The notes below the pieces were generated by a model. It had not been told where the DNA came from, made no database searches, and was given only the letters and a program-made list of their open reading frames with translations. Shown in pieces: positions 20,601-29,555 of a DNA stretch of 64,000 nucleotides; position 1 is the stretch's first letter, and every line of letters begins with the position of its first letter. The position numbers and the translations under genes are program-made. This DNA is from an uncultured Actinomycetes bacterium (GTDB lineage: Bacteria; Actinomycetota; Thermoleophilia; RBG-16-64-13): NCBI GenBank assembly GCA_963841735.1, contig CAWJDT010000001.1, forward strand, positions 1,056,001 through 1,120,000. The letters run 5' to 3'.

Positions 20601-21388
20601 AGGTCTTCGCGTCTCGACCCGCGGAGCTCGTCTTCGGTCATTGCGAACATGGTACAGGCAGCCGGATTTGCCTCGAGGATCGTTCCCTCCGGCGTGGAGA
20701 TGACAATGCCGTCGAGGCTCTGCTCAAAGAGCGCACGGTGCTTCTCTTCCCCCACGCAGAGAGCTTCTCTTGCCTGTCTCTCGGCCAAGACGAGCGCGAT
20801 GCCTGCCGCCACCTTCTCGACCCGGACAATCGTCTGCAGGGAGAAACGGTCGCGCCGCTTGTCGTTCAGTTGAAGCAGCCCGATGTTCTCCCCTCCCGCA
20901 CTCAGGGGAACGAGGGCCATTGACTCGTAGCCCTCGCTGTTGCAGCGGTTGCGGTTGCGCGCCATCTGCTCGGCCTCGGTTGTGGAGGCAAGAAGATCGG
21001 TGGTGCTGTTTGTCCAGAAGCTGCCACCGGGCGTGAAGAAGGGCTTCTCCGGATCGAAACGGCCCAGGATCACATTGCCGCACATGCATTCGAGCACCGG
21101 GCTGCCTTTGAGATCGTGCAAGGGAGCGCCATCGGGCCCTGTCGCGCAAAGGCTGTTCTCGAGTCTCACGAACTCGGCGGGGAAGCCCTGCACCTCGAAG
21201 TAGGGGTAGTCCTCGCCGTCGCTCAGCCGCATGCCGGTCGCCTGGCATCCCAGCCAGTTTCTTACGTGTTCGAGGATGGACCTGATCAGGTCGTGACTGT
21301 CTACTCCCGTGGTGGCCAGCCCGATGACTTCGAGCAATGCATCGGTCGCTTCTTCTTCGCGCGTTCTCTTCGATACGCTGGGTGACAT
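17693..21388 (-). CDS. Multi-PAS/GAF hybrid sensor histidine kinase with receiver domain
   Basis: [23 protein letters not shown] H-box, [29 protein letters not shown] and DVVMPEM. Confidence 0.93.
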   Translation of the reverse strand: [1231 protein letters not shown]

Positions 21389-21482
21389 CGCGCCGACCTC
21401 CGATTTACCCGCAGAGTCGATGCCACAAGTAGAATACGACTTCTGGCAGGCGCCCGCACGCTGTAGTCGATATCATGGGTAC

Positions 21483-22463
21483 ATGAGATACAGGACATTG
21501 GGACAGTCGGGCATAGAAGCGTCGGTGGTAGCCTTCGGCGCATGGGCCGTGGGAGGCTGGTTCTGGGGAGGCGCCGACGAGCAGGACTCTGTGGACGCCA
21601 TCCGCGCGGCCCTCGACGCCGGCATCACCTTGATAGACACCGCTCCCGCCTACGGACTGGGCCATTCCGAGGAGATCGTGGGCAGGGCCATCCAGGGACG
21701 GCGCGACCAAGTTGTTCTGGCTACCAAGTGCGGATTGGTGTGGCATACCCATAAGGGCACGCACTTCTTCGATGAGTTCGGCAAACCCATGCACAGGTAT
21801 CTCGGGCCCGAATCGGTGCGGTATGAGGTGGAGCAGAGCCTTCGGCGTCTACAGACGGACGTGATCGATCTCTACCAGACTCACTGGCAGGATCCCACCA
21901 CGCCCATCGAAGAGACCATGGGCACGCTGTTGGACCTCAAGCGGGAGGGCAAGATCCGCGCCATCGGGGTGAGCAACGCCACAGTCCAGCAGATGGACGA
22001 GTACCGCATGAGCGGCCCGCTGGACAGCGACCAAGAGAAGTACAGCATGCTGGCGCGGGGTATGGAATCGGCTCAACTTCCCTACTGCGAGCGCAACAAC
22101 ATTGCGATGCTCGCCTACTCGCCCCTGGCGCAGGGTCTGTTGACCGGCAAGGTGCCCGTGGACCGGGTGCTCGCCGAGGGCGACATGCGGGCGGAGAGCC
22201 AGAAGTTCAGCGTGGCCAATCGCAAGAAGATCCTGACGTTCTTGGAGGAGATCCGGCCCGTCGCGGACGCCCACAACGCCACTCTGGCCCAACTCGTCAT
22301 CGCGTGGACGCTTGCGCAGCCGGGGCTGACGCATGCGCTGGTGGGGGCGCGCAACCCGCGGCAGGCCCTAGAGAACGCGGCCGCGGGCGACATCGTGCTG
22401 GCCGAAACGGAGTTGGCAACCGTTGCCGAGGCCCTGACAAGGCTTGACATGGGCGCGGCGTAG
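21483..22463 (+). CDS. Aldo/keto reductase
   Basis: IDTAPAYG, LATKCG, DLYQTHW, IGVSN and YSPLAQGLLTGK. Confidence 0.93.
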   Translation: MRYRTLGQSGIEASVVAFGAWAVGGWFWGGADEQDSVDAIRAALDAGITLIDTAPAYGLGHSEEIVGRAIQGRRDQVVLATKCGLVWHTHKGTHFFDEFGKPMHRYLGPESVRYEVEQSLRRLQTDVIDLYQTHWQDPTTPIEETMGTLLDLKREGKIRAIGVSNATVQQMDEYRMSGPLDSDQEKYSMLARGMESAQLPYCERNNIAMLAYSPLAQGLLTGKVPVDRVLAEGDMRAESQKFSVANRKKILTFLEEIRPVADAHNATLAQLVIAWTLAQPGLTHALVGARNPRQALENAAAGDIVLAETELATVAEALTRLDMGAA

Positions 22464-22485
22464 AAGAGCATTCAGCGTTGGCTAG

Positions 22486-22558
22486 TGGCCCGTACCGGAT
22501 TTGAACCGGTGATCTCCGCCTTGAGAGGGCGATGTCCTAACCGCTAGACGAACGGGCC
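22486..22558 (-). tRNA. tRNA-Glu (CTC)
   Basis: Cloverleaf GGCCCGTTCGTCTAGCGGTTAGGACATCGCCCTCTCAAGGCGGAGATCACCGGTTCAAATCCGGTACGGGCCA, directly downstream of gltX. Confidence 0.97.
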
Positions 22559-22641
22559 AATCTGCACCCCAGCCGCCAGGCGCTGCCTGGGCGCGAACGC
22601 GTACTCTACCCGCGGGCGCGCGGGCTGTCAACCTTGAGCGG

Positions 22642-24111
22642 TCAGAACGAGGCTGCGGACTGCGCCGCTTTCAGGCGCGCAAGCGTGCGCTCTCGTCCCA
22701 GAAGGGCAAGCGATTCGAACAAGGGAAGAGACACCATCGACCCCGATACAGCCACGCGGAGCACCTGGAACACCTGTTTGGGCTTCACGCCCAGCGTCTC
22801 GGGCAGGGCCCGCAGAGAGTTCTCGATCGTTGCAGGAGCCCACTCAGAGAGCGAGGCTAGCGTGTCGTAGGTTGTCGCCAGCGCGAGCCCGGCGCCCTCC
22901 TTGGCAAGTATCTTCTCCACGGCCGCCGGATCGATGACAACGTCCTGAGTGAAGAGGTAGCGGGCCAGCGGCACGATGTCGGTGGTGCGCTTGAGGCGCT
23001 CAGAGACGAGAGGAGCGAGCGCCGAGTACCAGTCATGGCGGGCCTCCAGATCGCCCGCGGGGGCAAGGCCTGCCTCTTCGATCCAGGGAAACACCCGGGC
23101 TGCCAAGTCCTCGGGTGGCATATTGCGGATATAGACGCCGTTCATCCATTCGAGCTTCTCGAAGTCGAAGATAGCCGGGCTCATCGAGATCCGCTCGAGC
23201 GAGAACTGCGTCTTCAGGACCTCAGGCGGCACGATGGTGGTCTCGCCGTCGAGCGACCAGCCAAGCAGGGCAAGGTAGTTGAGCAGCGCCTCGGGTAGGT
23301 AGCCCTCGTCTCGAAACGCCTCGACCGACGTTGCGCCATGACGTTTGGAGAGCTTTTTGCCATCGGCTCCCCAGATCATGGAGAGATGGGCGAACATGGG
23401 CACGGCGTGTCCGAGGGCTTCGTATACCAAGATCTGGCGCGGTGTGTTGGAGAGATGATCGTCGCCTCGGATGACGTGGGTTATCTGCATGTCGGCGTCG
23501 TCGACCACGGTGGCGAAGTTGTAGGTTGGAGTGCCGTCGCCCCGTACGAGCACGTAGTCGTCCATGGCACTCGCCGGGAAGATGGTCTCGCCGCGAACCG
23601 CGTCGACCACAACGATGTCGCCACGATCCTCGGGTACCGCCAACCGCCAGACATGAGGCTCGCCGGCAGCAAGGCGCGCGCCTACGGCGGCGGGGTCGAG
23701 CCTTCGGCAGGTCCTGTCGTAGCCGCCCACGCCCTCACTGGAGCGCGCTGATGCTCTCTTGGTCTCCAGCTCCTCGGTGGAGCAGAAGCAGGGGTAGGCG
23801 CTGCCGTTGGTCTTCATGCGCTCGAGGGCGGATGTGTAGTTCTCCGCGCGCTCCGTTTGGGAGTAGGGACCGAACGGGCCGCCGATGGCGGGTCCTTCGT
23901 CCCAGTCGAGCCCCAGCCACTCAAGAGAGCGGAGGATCTGCGCGGTGTTCTCCGCTGTTGAGCGTTCCGGGTCGGTGTCGTCGATGCGCAGGACGAACGA
24001 GCCGCCGGTGCGCCGGGCAAACGCCCAGTTGTAGATGGCCGTGCGCGCCCCGCCGACATGGAGAGCGCCGGTAGGACTGGGGGCGAAGCGAACGCGAACG
24101 GAGTCGGGCAT
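22642..24111 (-). CDS. gltX: Glutamate--tRNA ligase
   Basis: RFAPSPTGALHVGG (HIGH), ITHVIRGDDH and KLSKR (KMSKS). Confidence 0.97.
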   Translation of the reverse strand: MPDSVRVRFAPSPTGALHVGGARTAIYNWAFARRTGGSFVLRIDDTDPERSTAENTAQILRSLEWLGLDWDEGPAIGGPFGPYSQTERAENYTSALERMKTNGSAYPCFCSTEELETKRASARSSEGVGGYDRTCRRLDPAAVGARLAAGEPHVWRLAVPEDRGDIVVVDAVRGETIFPASAMDDYVLVRGDGTPTYNFATVVDDADMQITHVIRGDDHLSNTPRQILVYEALGHAVPMFAHLSMIWGADGKKLSKRHGATSVEAFRDEGYLPEALLNYLALLGWSLDGETTIVPPEVLKTQFSLERISMSPAIFDFEKLEWMNGVYIRNMPPEDLAARVFPWIEEAGLAPAGDLEARHDWYSALAPLVSERLKRTTDIVPLARYLFTQDVVIDPAAVEKILAKEGAGLALATTYDTLASLSEWAPATIENSLRALPETLGVKPKQVFQVLRVAVSGSMVSLPLFESLALLGRERTLARLKAAQSAASF

Positions 24112-24258
24112 GGGATCCTTCTCTAGAAGGCCGCTGAGCTTTGTCGCAGCCAACTATACCGTCATCGCCGCGGCCCGGCGGTCGACTTCGCGTAGTAGGA
24201 TAGGGACTACCGGCCGGTAGCGCCCGCCGCGGCGCATCCCGAGGAGAGGATAGAGCCC

Positions 24259-24591
24259 ATGGTAAGAGCAAGATACGTGCCTGAGGAGTTCGGCAATGAG
24301 GTGGAGGCGCCGTCTGGGTACTACCAGCCCCTGGAAGAGGCATTCCTGGATCACGACGGGAAGCGACTGCTGTACATAGTGGGGAGCGCCTGCATCGATG
24401 CGTCATGCTGCGGGATAAGCAGCTGGAAGTACCTGCGCGTCGAGGGATACGTGGTCGGTAACGACGCTCCCCCAAGCGAAAACGCCGGGACCTATCTTGA
24501 AGTAGATACGATCGACAGCGAGAGCGAGAAGACAGCGATACGCAGGCTTCTGCTGGATAAGCACCCTGGAGTGAGGATAGAGTTTCGCTAG
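24259..24591 (+). CDS. Hypothetical protein with a C-x4-CC motif
   Basis: GAGGAGAGG RBS; 110-aa ORF filling the intergenic space; contains ACIDASCCG. Confidence 0.7.
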   Translation: MVRARYVPEEFGNEVEAPSGYYQPLEEAFLDHDGKRLLYIVGSACIDASCCGISSWKYLRVEGYVVGNDAPPSENAGTYLEVDTIDSESEKTAIRRLLLDKHPGVRIEFR

Positions 24592-24643
24592 CTAGCCCGC
24601 CGCGGAGTCAGCCACCGGATTGTCGCTGGGGTCGTCCGAAAAG

Positions 24644-25417
24644 TTATACTGTCTGATAGCCGTACGCCAGCCACCCGCCATCCACGGGCAAGGTGATGCC
24701 GGTGATGAAATCCGCTTCGTTGGAAGCCAGGAAGAGTACTGCCTGCGCGACTTCCTGAGGCTCCGCCGCGCGCCCCATGGGGCATCTCTTCTGGATCTCT
24801 TCCAAAGACACGAATCCTGCCTTGATGGCGTTATCCAAACGAGGGGTCGCCGTCCAACACGGCGCCACGCAGTTCACGTTGATCTTGTACTTGGCCCATT
24901 CCACGGCCTGAGAGCGGGTCATATTGATCACGGCAGCCTTGGACGGACCGTAGGCGTTGACATAGGGGACACCGGCTATGCCGGTTTGAGAGCCGATGTT
25001 GACTATCTTGCCGCCGCCGTTGGTCGACATCCAACGCGCCACGCGCTGGCTGCAAAGGAAAGTGCCCCTCACATTTATGTCCCAGACTTTGTCCCAAGCA
25101 TCCATGTCGGTCAATTCGAACGTGGGGGAAGGCACCTTGCCCACGCCGGCGTTGTTGACCAGTATGTCGATGCCACCAAATGCGTCGATGGCCTTGTCGA
25201 CCATGGCATACACCTGGTCCGGGTCGGCGATATCCGCGGCGATAGCCAGAGCCTTTCGCCCGAGCCCTCTAACGGCCGCGGCCGTCGCTTCGGCTTCGGA
25301 GAGATCGAGATCGGCGACGACCACGTCCGCACCCTCTTGTGCGAACAGCATGGCTGTCGCCAGACCGATCCCTCTGCCCGCGCCGGTGACTAGTGCGATC
25401 TTGCCCTGCAATCTCAT
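24644..25417 (-). CDS. SDR family oxidoreductase
   Basis: TGAGRGIG, NNAG and YGPSK. Confidence 0.95.
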   Translation of the reverse strand: MRLQGKIALVTGAGRGIGLATAMLFAQEGADVVVADLDLSEAEATAAAVRGLGRKALAIAADIADPDQVYAMVDKAIDAFGGIDILVNNAGVGKVPSPTFELTDMDAWDKVWDINVRGTFLCSQRVARWMSTNGGGKIVNIGSQTGIAGVPYVNAYGPSKAAVINMTRSQAVEWAKYKINVNCVAPCWTATPRLDNAIKAGFVSLEEIQKRCPMGRAAEPQEVAQAVLFLASNEADFITGITLPVDGGWLAYGYQTV

Positions 25418-25484
25418 CTTGAACTCCTCAAGAGGCGGCCTGTAGCCCTACGGGGTTGAAGTCTGCCAAGGCGACGATGCCGTG

Positions 25485-27776
25485 TCAACCGGCCGCGCCA
25501 CGGTCGAGCCGGCGAACGAGTGCCGGCACAACAGTCACCGTCGCGATGAGGGCGAAGAGCACGTCCACGACCACCACGATACCGAAGTCGCGCAGGACGG
25601 GGAACGACGAAGCTATGAGCGCGCCAAAGCCGGCTGCCACGGTCAGCGCCGAGGCCGCTATGGCCCGGCCGACCCTGGCCATGGCTTCTTCCATGGCGAG
25701 GTCGTGCGAGATGCCCCTTGCCCGTTCTTCCCAGTAACGGCTGAGGAGCAGGACGGTGAACTCGGTGCCTATGGCTATGACGAGCGCGCCGAGTACGGCT
25801 GTGAGGGGGTTGAGTTCCACGCCTGCTATCCACATCAAGCCCGAAGACCAGCCGGTCACCAGCGCAATGGGGATCACGGCTATTAGCGCCCGTCGCCAGT
25901 TGCGGTAGATGACCAACAGACCGAGTAGCACCACCGCAATACCGATGCCCATGACCAATCCTCGGTTCTCGGTCATCGTACCTACCGCGCGGGCGGTGAG
26001 ACTCATGGTGCCACCCGGAATGAGAGTTACGCCAGGGGGCGGGTCTGCTTCAGCCATCAGGTCGTCTATGAGCCGATTCAGACCGGAGATGGGCATCGCG
26101 TTCACGGTGAAGACGATGGAGGCCCGCGTCCTGTCGGCGGTGACCAAGCCCTCGCGGATGGTGGGCGGCAGTTGGTCTATCGCCGCTGCGATTGCTTGGG
26201 AGGAGGGGGCTGGAGTGCCTGGCTGGATGCCAAGCGTAGCGGTCAGACCGGCTACGTCGGCAAGTTCGGCATGAGCCGTCATGGCCTGGGCCTGGAACTC
26301 GGCGATCCACTGCGTGACGGAGGGCGCGGTGACATCCGGGGCCTGCACGAGGAGAGGGAGCTCGGTGCTTGCTCCGACCACGCTCCGGGCCTGATTCAGA
26401 GCCACGACGCCGGGTGTGCTCGAGGGGATGAGTTTCTCGATGTCGGTCTGCACAGTGAGATCTCGGTCGGCGGCGAAGCCTAGTGCCGCCAAGAGCACGG
26501 CCGTCGAAACCACCCAGATGGCGTGTCGCCGGGACCAGCGGGCCACCGCGGGCAGAGCCACTCCAAGGTTCAGCCAGTCTTTGCTCAGAAGGCCGCGGAC
26601 ACGGCCGCCGGCGGGTATGACGGTGGCGTTGGCGCCGGCATTGGCACCGGCCCTGGCGTTGGCGCCCGCCTCAGCAGAAACGGTCTGAGGTTGGCGGTCG
26701 AAGCGATAGAGGACGGCATTGAGGACGAACAGCGCCGCCGTGTAAAGCACCGCCGCTCCGATGGCCAGCAAGACCCCGAAGTCTCTTACGGCGGGCACGG
26801 CGGAGATGAGAAGGGTGACAAAACCCAAGATCATGACGGCGGCAGCCACGCCCACCGCCGGCGCGATATGCGAGATGGCGGCGATGATGGCTTCGGAGCG
26901 GGGTTCGCCCCGGCGCCTCTCCTCTCCGTAGCGGTTGTGAAACTGGATAGCAAAGTCGACACCAAGGCCGATGAGTATCGGAAGGCCGGCGAGGGTCACC
27001 AACGTGAGGGGTATGTTGACGGCGGCGGCCAGGCCAAACGTCCACAACACGCCGATAAGGACCACTGGGAGTGACAGTAGGCGCCACCGGGCGGGAAAGG
27101 CAACAAACAGGATCAGCACCATGAGCGCTACGGCGATGGCGCCGGTCCGAGCAAGATCGGTGACGATGGCCGACTTGATGTCGCCGAAGACTCGGGACAT
27201 GCCGGCTACAATCGCGCTGGAGGTAAAGGGGCTGGCTGCGGCAGTTCTCTGGATCATGGCGGCCGCTTCGGACTGTTCGTCGGTGGTGAGACCGCCGGCG
27301 AGACGGACCACCACGAGCGCGTGACCATTGGGGAAGAACCGGGTGAGCTGGGCGATCAGCTCGTCGTCGGCGTAGGAGGCCAACAGGGCAGGATCGAACG
27401 AGGCAAGGTCTACTCCGGCTTGGGCGGCCAGCGGCCGCAGCAGCGTGAGCGGACTCACCACCGAGCGGATACTTGGGTCGGCGCCGAGCTGCTTCTCCAG
27501 CTGTGCGTAGCCGCTGAGTGCCTCGCTGCTCGTGAGGTCGGCGAGCGTACCTGGGATGAGCATCATCACGGCATCGCCGCCAAACGCTTCGTCATACGCC
27601 TTGTAGCCGCGGAACGCCTCGCTCTCGGACGAGACAAAGGCCTCCTGTGTGGTGACAAGGGAGATATTGCTCACACCCCACCCGGCGAGGGCGACGAGGA
27701 CCAGCACGACCACCAGTATTGCCAGGGCGCGGCGTTCGACGATGCTTCCCACGAATCTGGCAATCTTCACCTGCAC
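25485..27776 (-). CDS. RND/MMPL (HAE3-like) transporter
   Basis: IGLGVDFAIQFHNRY and AIGTEFTV; duplicated TM halves. Confidence 0.88.
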   Translation of the reverse strand: MQVKIARFVGSIVERRALAILVVVLVLVALAGWGVSNISLVTTQEAFVSSESEAFRGYKAYDEAFGGDAVMMLIPGTLADLTSSEALSGYAQLEKQLGADPSIRSVVSPLTLLRPLAAQAGVDLASFDPALLASYADDELIAQLTRFFPNGHALVVVRLAGGLTTDEQSEAAAMIQRTAAASPFTSSAIVAGMSRVFGDIKSAIVTDLARTGAIAVALMVLILFVAFPARWRLLSLPVVLIGVLWTFGLAAAVNIPLTLVTLAGLPILIGLGVDFAIQFHNRYGEERRRGEPRSEAIIAAISHIAPAVGVAAAVMILGFVTLLISAVPAVRDFGVLLAIGAAVLYTAALFVLNAVLYRFDRQPQTVSAEAGANARAGANAGANATVIPAGGRVRGLLSKDWLNLGVALPAVARWSRRHAIWVVSTAVLLAALGFAADRDLTVQTDIEKLIPSSTPGVVALNQARSVVGASTELPLLVQAPDVTAPSVTQWIAEFQAQAMTAHAELADVAGLTATLGIQPGTPAPSSQAIAAAIDQLPPTIREGLVTADRTRASIVFTVNAMPISGLNRLIDDLMAEADPPPGVTLIPGGTMSLTARAVGTMTENRGLVMGIGIAVVLLGLLVIYRNWRRALIAVIPIALVTGWSSGLMWIAGVELNPLTAVLGALVIAIGTEFTVLLLSRYWEERARGISHDLAMEEAMARVGRAIAASALTVAAGFGALIASSFPVLRDFGIVVVVDVLFALIATVTVVPALVRRLDRGAAG

Positions 27777-27935
27777 CGCTCCTTTCGATAGAGTAGACCG
27801 CAACAGAAACCGGGTCCCTATTCGCGTGGCCCGGTGCTCGTAAGCAACACGTATATCATAGCGCGTGTACTATTCACTAAGGATGACGTAATACCCCGGA
27901 GGTGTCGTGGCGATGCTGCAGAGAGGCCTCAGGCG

Positions 27936-28376
27936 ATGAGCGAGCGGACCCGCTTGCTCGACGAGATCGGCACCCTCGAGATCCGGCTGCTTGCCTCGGG
28001 GCTGCCGGAGGAGACCTCGTCGCTGCTCGACTACGAGATCACGCTCCAGCAGCTCCGCGCCTTCGCGCTCATCTACGCCCGCGGACAGGTGGCCATCAAC
28101 AAGGTTGCGGACGCGTTGGGCATCCGACCGAACGTCGCCACCGGCATCGTTCAACGGCTTGTCGATCGAGGATTGATCAAACGCCGCGAAGACCCGGCCG
28201 ATCGACGCGTGCGTCTTCTGACTGTCACAGAGCAGGGGCTCGCGCTTATCGATCAACTGGCTGCGATCGTCATGGCTAAAGCACGTGAGCGCCTCGAGCG
28301 GCTGAGCGATGCGCGGCTAGGTCAACTGCGAGACATTCTCACCGAGATGGGCGGTACGCAGGAAGGACACGTGTAA
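27936..28376 (+). CDS. MarR family regulator, divergent from the RND transporter
   Basis: ITLQQL and RLVDRGLIKRREDPADRRVRLL. Confidence 0.92.
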   Translation: MSERTRLLDEIGTLEIRLLASGLPEETSSLLDYEITLQQLRAFALIYARGQVAINKVADALGIRPNVATGIVQRLVDRGLIKRREDPADRRVRLLTVTEQGLALIDQLAAIVMAKARERLERLSDARLGQLRDILTEMGGTQEGHV

Positions 28377-28478
28377 CGCCGGCGGCCACCCTTGTTCGTC
28401 TGAATAAATGGAGGGTCAGACAGACGCAAGAGGGGAGGAGCCACGAGGCTGGCCGAAGCAATAGGGGGGTGCGCGGGA

Positions 28479-29408
28479 ATGACTGATGACTTGCTCACGG
28501 GCGCCAGGCAACGTCGCGGGAGTTTTGAGTCGTTCATGCAGTCTCACTGCGGACGTCTTGTTCGGGCGCTCACCATGATCTCGTTAGACGGCGAGGCCGC
28601 GGCCTTGGCAACCACCGGGCGCACGGCCGAGGTGGTCTTCACCGCGAAGGAACCGGATATCACCACGGCGGAAGCCGAGGCTATGGGTATCAAGGACAAA
28701 CTGGCGAGCTTCTTCACAGAGTACACCGGCACCCCAGATCGGCGGCAGAATGTCGCTCTGACCACCCGGTACGCGAGCGACGTGATCTTGGCGCCCGGGG
28801 AGGAGTACGACTTCGACGAGCAGGTTGGCCCGCGCACTCGTGAGCGCGGATACCAGCAGGCCATGGGCTTGATAATCGCCCCTGGAGCCGCAGCCCTGAT
28901 AGACCCATTCCGCGGCGCTCTCTCTCAGGTCTCCACGACTCTTTTCAACGCGGCCTTCTACGCGGGGCTGGATATCGTGGAGCGCCACAATAGCTCCATC
29001 TACATCGACCATTACCCCACGGGCATGGATGCAGCCATCACTGAGGACGGCGACAACTTGCGTTTCAAGAACAACACGGATCACTACCTCTGGATAGTCG
29101 GGGAGTCCGACGGTATCACGACCACGTTCACCATCTACGGCACCGACGACGGCCGCAAGGTGAGCTATGAGGTCAGCGACCTCTACGATCTAGTGCTCCG
29201 CACGGAAGTCACTATTCCCTCTCCCCAAATGCCCGAAGGGACAAGCATCGTTAGCATGGGGGGGCAATCAGGAAAGCGATGCGAGGTCGTGCGCGCCATC
29301 ACTTGGGCCGACGGGTCTACGACAACAGACAGTTTCGCCAGCGTCTGGCCGATGATGCCGAAGGAAATCCAGGTGGGCACCGGAACGACCACGACGACCG
29401 CCCCGTAG
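28479..29408 (+). CDS. VanW domain protein with an ECF-sigma-like N-terminal fragment (probable chimera)
   Basis: ILAPGEEYDF..VGPRT, QVSTTLFNAA, IVERHN and LRFKNNT; the N-terminus resembles sigma region 2. Confidence 0.75.
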   Translation: MTDDLLTGARQRRGSFESFMQSHCGRLVRALTMISLDGEAAALATTGRTAEVVFTAKEPDITTAEAEAMGIKDKLASFFTEYTGTPDRRQNVALTTRYASDVILAPGEEYDFDEQVGPRTRERGYQQAMGLIIAPGAAALIDPFRGALSQVSTTLFNAAFYAGLDIVERHNSSIYIDHYPTGMDAAITEDGDNLRFKNNTDHYLWIVGESDGITTTFTIYGTDDGRKVSYEVSDLYDLVLRTEVTIPSPQMPEGTSIVSMGGQSGKRCEVVRAITWADGSTTTDSFASVWPMMPKEIQVGTGTTTTTAP

Positions 29409-29555
29409 CCAAGCGGCGCGGTGTGGAGCGGAGCTTTGGCACTAGGCTCCTAGCAGCGCCCGTACCGCGTTCGCCTGCTCGTGTCTGAACTCTGACGCGA
29501 CCACGTCTTCCAGCAGCTCGATGAGGCGCGGGACGCAGTCGCTCTGGTACGGCAA

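Noticed and set aside
26623-26672. AGANARAGANAGANA repeat in the RND transporter
   Set aside because: It is a low-complexity interdomain linker with no sign of function.
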